A stretch of 64,000 nt of DNA, taken from a phage. The notes beneath the pieces were generated by a model. The model was not told the DNA's origin, ran no database searches, and saw only the letters and a program-made list of their open reading frames with translations. The stretch is taken from sequence record PZ386969.1, one strand, 5' to 3'. Made by a program: the position numbers and the translations under genes. Below are positions 47,323 to 56,690 of the stretch, piece after piece (position 1 is the first letter of the stretch; each line of letters begins with the position of its first letter).

Positions 47323-48072
47323 TTATTTGGACAGGTAGAAGTTTGGAACTTCAGGGAAATGCTCTGGTAGATATCCCACCAGAACATCCTGTTTCACCTT
47401 CCCTTCGATATCTTCGCGGATACGACGAATCACTTCTTCCTGTTGTTCTGCTGCCATCACTTCTTCCATGGCTGAGTACAAGTTTTCTAGAATGGCACCT
47501 ACGTAGTTGTGGATGGCACGACAGGAGTTCTGATCATACTCCATATCCGGATGAATCGCCAGGTCGACCTGATCACGCCCTACCAGCAGATGCCCAGACA
47601 CCAGATTTATCGGGTGTTTGAATACTTCACTAGATTTGACAGCAACTCCGTCAGCTTGCTTCAGCAGGAATTCGGTTTCAGAGAAGCGTTCAAGCAGTTC
47701 CGATGGGAATACCATATCGAGATTCTGACGCTTGCGACCAAAGAAGTATAGACAATGCGCCAGCTTCAGGCAAGCCTCTGTCGCCATCTTCATATGCGCT
47801 TTGGCATGTTCATATCCAGCGATCACATCACGGACATAATCGTACAGGTCGGCATGACCAAAACGAATGTCTTCGCTGAACTGAATTGCGGTTTCGCTGT
47901 CTTCTTTCAGACCCAGCGCGTCGAAGATATTGTGTTCACGGACAGATCTGCCATTGCGATCGAACCCCAGGACGCAACCGACTTCGAACCCGCTCTTTTC
48001 AAAGTTTGGGAGTTTCATTTCAAGACGGGCTGGCGTAAACTCCAGACCGAACAAACGATACATTTGTGACAT
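47323..48072 (-). CDS. Hypothetical protein
   Basis: ORF in the modification-gene neighbourhood. Confidence 0.5.
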   Translation of the reverse strand: MSQMYRLFGLEFTPARLEMKLPNFEKSGFEVGCVLGFDRNGRSVREHNIFDALGLKEDSETAIQFSEDIRFGHADLYDYVRDVIAGYEHAKAHMKMATEACLKLAHCLYFFGRKRQNLDMVFPSELLERFSETEFLLKQADGVAVKSSEVFKHPINLVSGHLLVGRDQVDLAIHPDMEYDQNSCRAIHNYVGAILENLYSAMEEVMAAEQQEEVIRRIREDIEGKVKQDVLVGYLPEHFPEVPNFYLSK

Positions 48073-48135
48073 GTTATAGCCTCATTGTTGAAGGATTACC
48101 CGTTCACGAATTATCCCTCGGAACAGGTTATAGAA

Positions 48136-48840
48136 CTATTTCTTCTTATGCATACGACGTGCATCTTTCCACACAGACATCTGGCTCTGTTTCTGGAAGC
48201 GAGCCGTGCGCATGAAGAGAACGATCTCCCAGTACTGTGGTTCAATCTCGTAAAGCTGTGAACGGAACTGATCGGCGCGGTACAGCTTCACACAGTGATT
48301 GTACAGCGGATGGTTGGCGAAGCGCTTCAGGGCTTCCCAGGTGAGCTTCAGACGCGTCTTTGAGCGGTATGCCCGTTCGTTACGCAACTTAATCAGATCC
48401 TCAAACACCAACAGCCTGAGCTTCGGTGGCAGGTAGTGCATGTTGAGTCCCCAGAGGTATGTCACACCCTTCTCTCCAAAGGTGATACCATCACCCTTGA
48501 CAAAGTTGAAGAAGAACACCAGAGGGTACATATCCCAGTAGGGTAGTTCATTCTTCGTCAGAGCATCATATTTGAAATAGAACATACGCCCGACTATATA
48601 CCGCACACCTTGTACCGGACGTTTGTGATCAGCAAACGCCTGTTTCATATGGTTGGGATTCAGGTTGGCGTCCTTAGACACACGCTCCATGAACCACACA
48701 TGCGAACGGCGGATGTTACGCTTCGCCTCTGGACCGAAGTGTTGACGGTACTTGCGGATGTAACGCTTGACCAGCTCGGGGGCGTCCATCTCGGCCGGAA
48801 ACAGCAACGGATCTTCTTCGCCAGCTGCATTCTTTGCCAT
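48136..48840 (-). CDS. Hypothetical protein
   Basis: ORF in the modification-gene neighbourhood. Confidence 0.5.
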   Translation of the reverse strand: MAKNAAGEEDPLLFPAEMDAPELVKRYIRKYRQHFGPEAKRNIRRSHVWFMERVSKDANLNPNHMKQAFADHKRPVQGVRYIVGRMFYFKYDALTKNELPYWDMYPLVFFFNFVKGDGITFGEKGVTYLWGLNMHYLPPKLRLLVFEDLIKLRNERAYRSKTRLKLTWEALKRFANHPLYNHCVKLYRADQFRSQLYEIEPQYWEIVLFMRTARFQKQSQMSVWKDARRMHKKK

Positions 48841-48851
48841 TTGTCAACTCC

Positions 48852-48859
48852 TATAAATA
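48852..48859 (+). promoter_or_regulatory. T4 late-promoter-like TATAAATA
   Basis: Exact TATAAATA 35 nt upstream of the GTG start of a tail-tube-fold gene. Confidence 0.45.
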
Positions 48860-48893
48860 ATAACAGTTATTTTATTTAAGTGGAGTCCTCACC

Positions 48894-49838
48894 GTGGAAG
48901 ACTATCGCAATTTTATCACACAGATATTACAGCGGGGCTTGTCGCGCAAGAACCGCTTCAGAGTGACCATCCCTCTACCACCAGGGATCTTTGACTCCAA
49001 TGCCACTCTGGCTAATGACGGAAAGGCGTACAGAACCAATTCATCTTTCGGTGACTTGTTTAAGCAGTCAGCCCGTATTGTAAACGCTTTCTTTGGAGGG
49101 ACAAACCAGACGTCCCGTTCCCTTCAGATGATGTGTATGGTTGCCTCATTGCCAGGGGTTGGTATCGACACCACTCCAATGACAAGCAACGGTAATCACA
49201 TCAAGATGCCGAACAACAAGTCCAACGTCGACCTCGACTTGTCATTCTTATTAGCCAATGACTATTATGAGAAGTCTGTGATGGACAAGTGGAAGAGTCT
49301 GATCTTTGATCCACACACCACCAAAATGGGATATTACGAAGACTTCGTGACTGACATATGCATTGAACAGCTTGACACCGAAGATCAAGTGGTCCACCGC
49401 GTCTACATCGTCGAGGCTCACCCAATAAATTTCAGTTCTATTGAGCTGGATAAAGGTGCCACAGACCAGTTCAACCAGTACAACATTTCTTTCTCTTACA
49501 ACAAAGTGCTTTCGGAGACAGAATATGAAACACGCAGCCTTTCCAGCGATTTTCTTCCTCTCGGTATTGCTGACGCTCTTACCAGTGGTGACTGGGAAAC
49601 TGCGGCCTCAAAAGCCGGACAGCTTTATCGCAAGGTGAAAGAAGGGAACTTCACAGGAGAGGCTCTCCTGGCTTACAAACAGCTTGACCAACTTGTAAAC
49701 AACCTGGCTGGGATAAGCATACAGGACTTCGAGCGCATCTCGGTAGGTATCTCTCGTGACATCATGGGCAACGATAACCTGACGGCGGCGGAGAAGACAA
49801 GCCTGTTGGGGATATTGAAAGACGTGATGGGAAAATAA
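48894..49838 (+). CDS. Tail-tube-fold baseplate protein (T4 gp48/gp54 family)
   Basis: N-terminal RFRVTIPLPPGIF resembles the tail-tube N-terminal motif; GTG start with GGAG RBS. Confidence 0.5.
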   Translation: MEDYRNFITQILQRGLSRKNRFRVTIPLPPGIFDSNATLANDGKAYRTNSSFGDLFKQSARIVNAFFGGTNQTSRSLQMMCMVASLPGVGIDTTPMTSNGNHIKMPNNKSNVDLDLSFLLANDYYEKSVMDKWKSLIFDPHTTKMGYYEDFVTDICIEQLDTEDQVVHRVYIVEAHPINFSSIELDKGATDQFNQYNISFSYNKVLSETEYETRSLSSDFLPLGIADALTSGDWETAASKAGQLYRKVKEGNFTGEALLAYKQLDQLVNNLAGISIQDFERISVGISRDIMGNDNLTAAEKTSLLGILKDVMGK

Positions 49839-49864
49839 AAAGCCATCCGAAGATGGCTTGTTTG
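49836..49864. terminator. Bidirectional terminator between convergent genes
   Basis: Stem AGCCATC/GATGGCT loop CGAA, A-tract upstream and T-rich downstream. Confidence 0.6.
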
Positions 49865-49865
49865 A

Positions 49866-50876
49866 TCAGTTAGACTTGAGATACTGCTCGAATTCATCAA
49901 TGGTAGCCGTGTTTCTGGCATCCGGTTGAGTCTGAGCCTGCGACGGCGCGGCCTGTTGCTGTTTCAGGCTGTCTTGAGCAGTTGGCTGATGTGTAGTCTG
50001 GGTGCTAGGAGCATGAGCCATCGTGGCTGCACCACCTTCAACCAGAGGCTGGTCATCAGGAATTGCCAGAACTTTGCGCAGGCGCTTTTCCAGGGTGTCG
50101 TAGTCTTTGAAGTTAGCCGGATTGAAGAATTCAAACAGGCTATGCTCACGAGACCAGACGTCTTCCATATACGCTTCGTCATCACTCAGCGGGGCAGGGT
50201 TCTCCCACACCACCTTACTGAAGTTTGCCACCAGACCTTCCCAGTTCCCAAACTTCTTCTGCTCGCCAAAGAGCTTCAGGTTCAGGTTGGCACCTTCCCA
50301 CAGATCGAACGGATCGAATTTAGGGTCGGTTGGGAACTTAGGATTCTGCGCCTGATCCAGGATTTTCTTGATGGCGTTACCAAATTTCAACAGGAAGACC
50401 TTGCCGTTGTTTTCCGGTACGTTGACATCTTTGATCACCAGAATGTTAGCGTAGTAATCGGTGTTGGGTAGACGTTTCTTCAGGATGTCCTTCAGCTTTT
50501 CGTCGTTCGTTTCTTTCTGCTGCGCCCACAGCGGACGGTCATGGTCGCGCACCGGATCGTCGTTGCCGAACGTCTGAGGTGAGTTCTCAATGTACCAACC
50601 ACCAGGTCCTTGGAACTGATGCTTCATGATCATGGCACAAGGGGTGAGGATCTGATCTTTATCGATCGTCCCTTCTTCCTGTGCCTTGAGGTCTACCAGC
50701 GGGACTGGCAGGAAGCGGATGATATTCTCGGAGATACCATCTTTGTTCCAAGTCCATTTCCAGATGCGAGGATCCTTCTGGAAACCGGACTTCTGGCCTT
50801 GCTGTGCAAGACGCGCCTGCATTGCTTCAGTTTGCTGGCCACGAGATGCTTTCAGACGATCGAATAAATTACCCAT
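49866..50876 (-). CDS. Single-stranded DNA-binding protein (T4 gp32-like)
   Basis: IIRFLP, YYANILVIKDVNVPENNGKVFLLKFG and WEGANLNLK match T4 gp32 blocks. Confidence 0.85.
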   Translation of the reverse strand: MGNLFDRLKASRGQQTEAMQARLAQQGQKSGFQKDPRIWKWTWNKDGISENIIRFLPVPLVDLKAQEEGTIDKDQILTPCAMIMKHQFQGPGGWYIENSPQTFGNDDPVRDHDRPLWAQQKETNDEKLKDILKKRLPNTDYYANILVIKDVNVPENNGKVFLLKFGNAIKKILDQAQNPKFPTDPKFDPFDLWEGANLNLKLFGEQKKFGNWEGLVANFSKVVWENPAPLSDDEAYMEDVWSREHSLFEFFNPANFKDYDTLEKRLRKVLAIPDDQPLVEGGAATMAHAPSTQTTHQPTAQDSLKQQQAAPSQAQTQPDARNTATIDEFEQYLKSN

Positions 50877-50950
50877 TTCTTAATTTCCTCTGTTTCCGCC
50901 CCTCAGGGCTATTCTGTTACATGTATTTCAGTTTGCTACAAAGCGGGGTA

Positions 50951-50974
50951 ATTATACCCCGATCTTACATTGAA
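50951..50974 (-). promoter_or_regulatory. Promoter-like motif TTCAAT-N12-TATAAT (- strand), -10 in hairpin loop
   Basis: - strand TTCAAT 50974-50969, TATAAT 50956-50951, inside hairpin CGGGG/CCCCG (50944-50961). Confidence 0.45.
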
Positions 50975-51214
50975 TTAACCTTTAAGCACTTGATTTGCTG
51001 GGTCAATTTCAATAATGTCGAACACGTCCGAAAACGTCTTCTTGCCTTCGTCGTGCGTGTGATACTCAACGACATATGAGCGACCATCAGGGGTAACGTA
51101 ACGAATACGATCCGTCTGGTCGGCATGCTCGTTCAGGCTACCCACACGCCAGCGCATAGAGCCAGGAAGGAATTCGGAGGCTTTCATTGCGCTGTAAATT
51201 GATTCTTTGCTCAT
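50975..51214 (-). CDS. Hypothetical protein
   Basis: ORF only. Confidence 0.4.
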   Translation of the reverse strand: MSKESIYSAMKASEFLPGSMRWRVGSLNEHADQTDRIRYVTPDGRSYVVEYHTHDEGKKTFSDVFDIIEIDPANQVLKG

Positions 51215-51221
51215 AATAGAC

Positions 51222-51467
51222 CTACACTAATTTCTTAGACTTTAGCGCGTCTTTGATCAGGCGCGCATCGGAGCACTCAGCTGTCAGTCGTGACAACAAT
51301 GGTGCTGTAATCATCTTTTTGACTTTGGTCTCGTCTATGTCGTTCTCTTCACAGACAGCTGCCAGAGTCTCAAGGATACTATCCTTGGTTTGGGCGGCGC
51401 GTAGTAGGACGATTTCAGAAAATAATTCTGGTGTCATCACAAGCGCTGGCTGTTTTTCGTCAGACAT
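51222..51467 (-). CDS. Hypothetical protein
   Basis: ORF only. Confidence 0.4.
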   Translation of the reverse strand: MSDEKQPALVMTPELFSEIVLLRAAQTKDSILETLAAVCEENDIDETKVKKMITAPLLSRLTAECSDARLIKDALKSKKLV

Positions 51468-51705
51468 CGATTGTGTTCCCCTTACCCGAACCCTTCTTTA
51501 TCGTACGCAAGACGTCCTTGAAGCCGTCTGGAGCTGATTGTGGTCCCTTCACCCCAGAGACAATCTTGGGAGCACCCACGATCATTTTAATCTCCCCTCC
51601 GCACTCAGTGCAAGGGTTGGATTCAGGCTCATGGCGATCTGCAATAGATTTACGCAGTGTCATCGCGTTACCACAGCCCTTGCATTGATAATCATACAGC
51701 GGCAT
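51460..51705 (-). CDS. Zinc-ribbon protein (FmdB-like)
   Basis: MPLYDYQCKGCG ... CTECGG paired CxxC. Confidence 0.45.
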   Translation of the reverse strand: MPLYDYQCKGCGNAMTLRKSIADRHEPESNPCTECGGEIKMIVGAPKIVSGVKGPQSAPDGFKDVLRTIKKGSGKGNTIDV

Positions 51706-52006
51706 GGAACACCCCCACGGTTGTCAGTACGAAACGCACCATAATGATAACCAGCAACATCACTGTAGAAAACACTACACGCTTGATCATTTTATCGCGC
51801 ATGTGGATGAACTGATATGAGAGGATAGCCTCGGCCTGTTGATCGGCACGAACGTTCGTGTCACGATGTGGGGACAGCGTGTAGAAGTTGATCTGGTACA
51901 CATACGCATGAACCAGAGTGAAGAACGACTTCACCCAGACCAAGACAACCACTAACAACAAAGCGAACGTCAGGAAGTTCGCCAACAACCAATAATCGAC
52001 CATCAT
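51692..52006 (-). CDS. Membrane protein
   Basis: Multiple hydrophobic helices. Confidence 0.4.
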   Translation of the reverse strand: MMVDYWLLANFLTFALLLVVVLVWVKSFFTLVHAYVYQINFYTLSPHRDTNVRADQQAEAILSYQFIHMRDKMIKRVVFSTVMLLVIIMVRFVLTTVGVFHAAV

Positions 52007-52593
52007 ATACCTCTGTTGAAGTCTGGATTATTCTCAATGAAGTAAGAGCCACAAGCCATTATCGCAAACGAATCCACGAGGTCATCGATTGGCTTAGGAT
52101 CCTTAACTTCCAACATATCCATTATACCGCGCATATTAACATTGAACAGCGACTCGAAGTGAGCGATCATGGCGTGTTTATCCGCGTTGCCCTTGTCGGT
52201 GAACATCTTCTTCACATGGGATGGCGTCACGATCTGGAAGTCGAAATTGTTACGGCGCAGGGCTTGCTTCAACAGTGAGGTATTCTCTGCGGTCTGGCAT
52301 ATGTTGTTGGAGTTCTTAGAGTTGCCCATAGCATACCCTTCAAGAGTGATCACATCCGGCTTCTCAGTCAACAGGACAGCCTCAGCCCATTTACAGATGT
52401 TATAGAAGCGTTCTTCTGGGGTCTCCCACTTCGGTTGCTTCATGATAAGGATATTCTGACGAATCTGAGTGCAGTACTTCTCCACAGTATAATATGCGTA
52501 GAAGCGCAGATGATCAAAATCAAGAGGGTCTTTGTCATCCCAGAAGCACAGGGATGGACAGCCATAGGAGTAGTCGATTCCGCAATATTTCAT
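52003..52593 (-). CDS. RuvC-like Holliday junction resolvase
   Basis: YCGIDYS N-terminus, ITLEGY and DDLVDSFAI acidic motifs. Confidence 0.45.
   Translation of the reverse strand: MKYCGIDYSYGCPSLCFWDDKDPLDFDHLRFYAYYTVEKYCTQIRQNILIMKQPKWETPEERFYNICKWAEAVLLTEKPDVITLEGYAMGNSKNSNNICQTAENTSLLKQALRRNNFDFQIVTPSHVKKMFTDKGNADKHAMIAHFESLFNVNMRGIMDMLEVKDPKPIDDLVDSFAIMACGSYFIENNPDFNRGI
52121..52146 (-). promoter_or_regulatory. Promoter-like motif TTCAAT-N14-TATAAT (- strand), internal to a coding region
   Basis: - strand TTCAAT 52146-52141, TATAAT 52126-52121, about 115 nt upstream of the next - strand gene start. Confidence 0.4.
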
Positions 52594-52644
52594 GTAAATA
52601 GCCCATAACGAAGTTTCATTGGTGTATGGGCTATTTACGCCGGG

Positions 52645-53154
52645 TTAACGGGTGATGATTTTGCTATCAGGTAGGATCAGACCAGGGTGGTCCAGGTTCT
52701 TCTGCATCTGTTGGATACTCTGCAGGATCACGGTAGTGTCGATGTGGCGTTTCACTTTGCGCGCTTCATCACCGTAGGAGATCTGTCCCTGAGGATCGAT
52801 GTAGTGGGCTGTCACAACCTGCAGATCATAACCACACTTGATCAGGTACTTAGCAATGTTGCTAACTTCGAGAGACAGGGACTCACCGTCCACACCGATG
52901 TTGGCTGAGTAGACGATTACGCCATTTTCTACTGCTTTTGGTTCAAACAAAACCATACCAGCGATCGTCTGGATCAAAGGAACTCCCTCTGTATCGAAAG
53001 CCACCTGATCGAACGCACCGATGAACTCATCCGGCACTTTACCTTCGGCATCAGAAACTGTGTGTTTCATAAGGTCCAGGACGTGTTGTTGTACTTCCTC
53101 AATCGGAGCACGTTCAACGGGTTTTTCGTTTTGCATTACTTTTCTCCAGTTCAT
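52645..53154 (-). CDS. Hypothetical protein
   Basis: Start uncertain; the track N-terminus overlaps the upstream gene, internal ATG 53154 chosen. Confidence 0.4.
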   Translation of the reverse strand: MNWRKVMQNEKPVERAPIEEVQQHVLDLMKHTVSDAEGKVPDEFIGAFDQVAFDTEGVPLIQTIAGMVLFEPKAVENGVIVYSANIGVDGESLSLEVSNIAKYLIKCGYDLQVVTAHYIDPQGQISYGDEARKVKRHIDTTVILQSIQQMQKNLDHPGLILPDSKIITR

Positions 53155-53644
53155 AATCGCGCTCCACAACGTATTGGTAGACACGCATCTTAATATAGTC
53201 AGCACTGCCTGCTGAAGACAGCACCATCCATCCACTACTAAGGGCATTCATCTTATATTGACCAACACCCTCTTGAAAATAACTTTTAATCTGTTCCAGC
53301 TTTCGCACACGATGATAATACGAGATGAGTTCGCCGATGACAATACAATCTGGATAATGCTTTTCCAATGTATTGATGTTGCGGTGAACATATACGGGTA
53401 GAACTTCTTCATCGTCGATAGGGCTGTAGTATGGGTCTACAATGACCACTTGTAGACCATAACGCAGCAGGTCTTTGACACCCAGCCGACAGAACTTATA
53501 ATCTTCGTGTTTCATTGCCACATGGAGGATATTCTCTTTCTTGGCATAATCAGTCAGGAAGATAAAGAAGTCTGTGTTGGGATCGGGATATTGTATAGAC
53601 AGTTCTTTGCCTATTTCACTAAAACAAAATCCGCGCATTTTCAT
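53114..53644 (-). CDS. Hypothetical protein
   Basis: ORF only. Confidence 0.45.
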   Translation of the reverse strand: MKMRGFCFSEIGKELSIQYPDPNTDFFIFLTDYAKKENILHVAMKHEDYKFCRLGVKDLLRYGLQVVIVDPYYSPIDDEEVLPVYVHRNINTLEKHYPDCIVIGELISYYHRVRKLEQIKSYFQEGVGQYKMNALSSGWMVLSSAGSADYIKMRVYQYVVERDYELEKSNAKRKTR

Positions 53645-53687
53645 TCCTCGTTATAATTACTCTTACAATATACCGTGGAGATACATT

Positions 53688-54494
53688 ATGAATTTACCAT
53701 CATTGCCCAGAACAGAAAAGACATATAAAAGCGACTTTTGGCCTACTGTGATCAAATATCGCGCCTTTACTGCGGGGCAACAAACTTTATTACTTCAGGT
53801 GTCAGATCCGCAAACGCCGATTGAAGAACGCGCGGCCATGATGGAGAGTCTCTTTAGCGAGTGTGTAAATGCAGGCGCACCTTTCAGTAAACTGCCAATC
53901 GGCGTTGTTGAGGAAGTGTTCATCCGCATGCGCATGATCTCCATCGGTGAATTGATGAAGATTCGTTATAAGTGCAATAATCAGATTGAAGAAACGATCG
54001 ATCTGGGAGATGGTCAAGAAAAGCACCAGATGGTTCCCTGTGAGCAGGAACTGACTCTACCTATCCCGTTGAACAACGTCAAATGCATTGCTCAGGACGG
54101 CTTCCGGGAGACGTTTGACCTGCCAGGTGGATATCACCTCAAGATGCGCCAACCTTCCTTCTCGGACGCTACGGCACTGTCTGATGCTGCAAGCGTTGAG
54201 ATGATGCTGGCCACCTTTATCGACTGTCTGTACGATGATGACGGTCAGGTGTGGAAGGTTGAGAATCCTGAAGAAATCGGAATCACTCCGGAAGAGGCTA
54301 CTGAGCGCCGCCGTGTGAAAGAAGCGTTTGTTGAGTGGGTGAAGGATAACATCGAATCAGATGTTATTGACAGCATTACGAAGAACTTCTTCCATAAAAT
54401 ACCGCGCATCCACTACAAGAGTTCGATCAAGTGTCCGAAATGTGGTAAGGAGCACAAAATCGAATTCAATAGTATTAATGAAATTTTCATTTAA
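53688..54494 (+). CDS. Hypothetical protein with C-terminal zinc ribbon (possibly baseplate-associated)
   Basis: ATG 53688 with GGAG RBS; TTATAATTA upstream; CPKCG motif near C-terminus. Confidence 0.5.
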   Translation: MNLPSLPRTEKTYKSDFWPTVIKYRAFTAGQQTLLLQVSDPQTPIEERAAMMESLFSECVNAGAPFSKLPIGVVEEVFIRMRMISIGELMKIRYKCNNQIEETIDLGDGQEKHQMVPCEQELTLPIPLNNVKCIAQDGFRETFDLPGGYHLKMRQPSFSDATALSDAASVEMMLATFIDCLYDDDGQVWKVENPEEIGITPEEATERRRVKEAFVEWVKDNIESDVIDSITKNFFHKIPRIHYKSSIKCPKCGKEHKIEFNSINEIFI

Positions 54495-54643
54495 TGTTTG
54501 AAACTGATTTATTATCCTACTTCGTGATGTGTGATGAATTGAAGTTACACGGCTATAGCATATTTGAAATCAACGAGTCGATGCCATGGCATCTTGACTT
54601 GTTAACCGAAGCCCTCAAGGTCAGGTTGTCTAAGAAACAGTAA
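54494..54643 (+). CDS. Small ORF (49 aa, not in track)
   Basis: ATG overlapping the previous stop (TAATG); followed directly by a strong terminator. Confidence 0.3.
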   Translation: MFETDLLSYFVMCDELKLHGYSIFEINESMPWHLDLLTEALKVRLSKKQ

Positions 54644-54666
54644 TCCCGCTTCGGCGGGATTTTTAT
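54644..54666 (+). terminator. Rho-independent terminator
   Basis: Stem TCCCGC/GCGGGA loop TTCG followed by TTTTTATT. Confidence 0.7.
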
Positions 54667-54964
54667 TGGCTTAACTGTAAAATCGGTTAACACGCGCTCT
54701 TTTTACCTGAAATTGCTATAATGGGCTTGTTCCCGAGTCATTTGTTGGTGTTTGTCTGTTTTGAATCAGATTGTCAGTAAAATACCATTTTTCAAGGAGT
54801 GTTCTGGGGTGTACAGTTATTGCCTCGCCCTTATGCCTCCATGGCATTGGAATGGTGCTGCCCGCATAGGGCGGTTTGATGAGCGAAGCGAATAGGATCG
54901 AATAAAACAAATAAAATGAACGGAAGCAGAGCTTCCTATAGTATATAAGGCAAAATCAGCTGCG

Positions 54965-54972
54965 CATAAATA
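54965..54972 (+). promoter_or_regulatory. Late-promoter-like CATAAATA upstream of the hub gene
   Basis: 7 of 8 match to TATAAATA, 35 nt upstream of ATG 55007. Confidence 0.3.
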
Positions 54973-55006
54973 CCTTCAAATCCTTGTTTGACAACCGGAA
55001 CTCAAT

Positions 55007-56617
55007 ATGTTAGACAATATGAGATGGTTTTACGGCACCGTTGAAGATGTCAACGATCCAGACCAAAACGGGCGCGTCGCCGTCCGCATCTATGGCGTAC
55101 ACACCGACGATCCCGTCCTCCTGCCTACAGACAAACTCCCGTGGGCGAAGGTACTGATGCCTGCTTCTAACGCCTCCTCTGCTGGTTTAGGTTGGTCTCC
55201 AACGGGTATCATTCCTGGTACTGAGGTTATGGGGTTCGCCCTTGACGAAGCATACCAGAATTTACGCATCACCTGGACTTGGACTGGTTCAAGTCCTACT
55301 GATGGCGCCGACACAAACCCACTGGCTCTCGGGCAGGTCGTTCAATCTGTAGAACGTCAGGCGTACAACGCTGTCACTGACGTTCCTGTGAAACAAGAAG
55401 ACGAACCACAACCAGATCCACAACCACCTGTTGGTGGGTATGATCCAGAGAAGTGGATGACAATCGCTCGTGGCGAATTAGGTATCAAGGAGTATGCCGG
55501 AAAGTTCAACAACAACCCGCGCATTATAGAATATCACAAGACAACCTCCCTTGGTGCTTCTGAAGATGAAGTGTCGTGGTGTGCGGCGTTCGTGGGTTGG
55601 GTTATGATACAGGCTGGATACACGTCTACACGCTCCGCTCTTGCCCGATCTTACCTTACATGGGGTACTGCACTGTCAGCACCACAATATGGCGCTATCG
55701 TAGTCTTCCGGCGTGGTAACAACCCCACATTTGGACACGTAGCGTTTGTGCAGAAGTTCGATGCAAACTATGTCTGGTGTATTGGTGGCAACCAATCCGA
55801 TTCAGTGAAGGTCAGTCGTTTCAGACGTTCTTCGGTCTTGGGATATCGTTGGCCTGGTCCTGCTAACACAGCCACAGCCGCGCCTGCGCAGCAGAATGGT
55901 AAATGGTCAGAACCTATCCCAGATCGTACCCCAAAGGAACAACCGACTCCGGCTCCTACTGGGCGAGTACAGGATATTGACAACACTGGAGAAACCATGG
56001 TTCCGGCTGCGGGTGGATCTAAATACCCGTACAATAACGTCATGGTGTCCCGAGCTGGGCATATTATGGAAGTGGACGACACCCCTGGTGGTGAACGTCT
56101 TCACTGGATGCATAAGTCTGGGTCTTACAAGCAAATGTTGCCGGATGGTGATGTGGTCAACAAGTCCGTCAAAGACCACTATGACCTGACGATGTTCAAC
56201 AAGCGTTATTATGTCGGCGGGGACCACAACCTGACGGTCAAAGGAACTGAAGTTCAGCGCAAGACAGGTGAGGTCTATCATTTGCATTCCAACAATTACT
56301 CCAACGTGGTTGCGGGCACAGCGCTGATGAAATTCAGTGACCTAGCGGAAATGCAAGCGCAGAATATTCTGCGCATTATCTGCGAGACTCTGGAGGTCGG
56401 TGGGACATTGAAGGTTCCTAAGATTCTAACGACTGAGATAATCGCTGACAAACTGACTGTCGCTCAGACGATCAATGGTAACATCATATATGCCGAAGGT
56501 GCTGGTCGCGCTTCTTCTCTGTCAGGTGCAACCCCTGCATCCCCTACGGGTCCGGGTGAGATTGACATCAAGGCAGAATTAAAAGACAATGGTGGTAATT
56601 TCGGCACCAAAGAGTAA
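55007..56617 (+). CDS. Baseplate hub / cell-puncturing protein (T4 gp5-like) with CHAP/NlpC-P60-like domain
   Basis: gp5-type N-terminal OB region; central Cys...His peptidase-like pair (SWCAAFVGW ... FGHVAFV); beta-helix-like C-terminus. Confidence 0.7.
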   Translation: MLDNMRWFYGTVEDVNDPDQNGRVAVRIYGVHTDDPVLLPTDKLPWAKVLMPASNASSAGLGWSPTGIIPGTEVMGFALDEAYQNLRITWTWTGSSPTDGADTNPLALGQVVQSVERQAYNAVTDVPVKQEDEPQPDPQPPVGGYDPEKWMTIARGELGIKEYAGKFNNNPRIIEYHKTTSLGASEDEVSWCAAFVGWVMIQAGYTSTRSALARSYLTWGTALSAPQYGAIVVFRRGNNPTFGHVAFVQKFDANYVWCIGGNQSDSVKVSRFRRSSVLGYRWPGPANTATAAPAQQNGKWSEPIPDRTPKEQPTPAPTGRVQDIDNTGETMVPAAGGSKYPYNNVMVSRAGHIMEVDDTPGGERLHWMHKSGSYKQMLPDGDVVNKSVKDHYDLTMFNKRYYVGGDHNLTVKGTEVQRKTGEVYHLHSNNYSNVVAGTALMKFSDLAEMQAQNILRIICETLEVGGTLKVPKILTTEIIADKLTVAQTINGNIIYAEGAGRASSLSGATPASPTGPGEIDIKAELKDNGGNFGTKE

Positions 56618-56690
56618 GTTGGTATAAGTTTAGTGGCAGAGGGACAGCACGTCTCTCTGCTCCTTATAGGCATCCTGAGAGGATCGCGAA

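Noticed and set aside
54716-54910. 64-aa - strand ORF in the long intergenic region
   Set aside because: TTG start without RBS and no coherent composition; the region is better treated as non-coding
54667-55006. Possible tRNA gene in the intergenic region
   Set aside because: No T-loop-like GTTCGA(A/G)TC box and no cloverleaf arrangement found by eye
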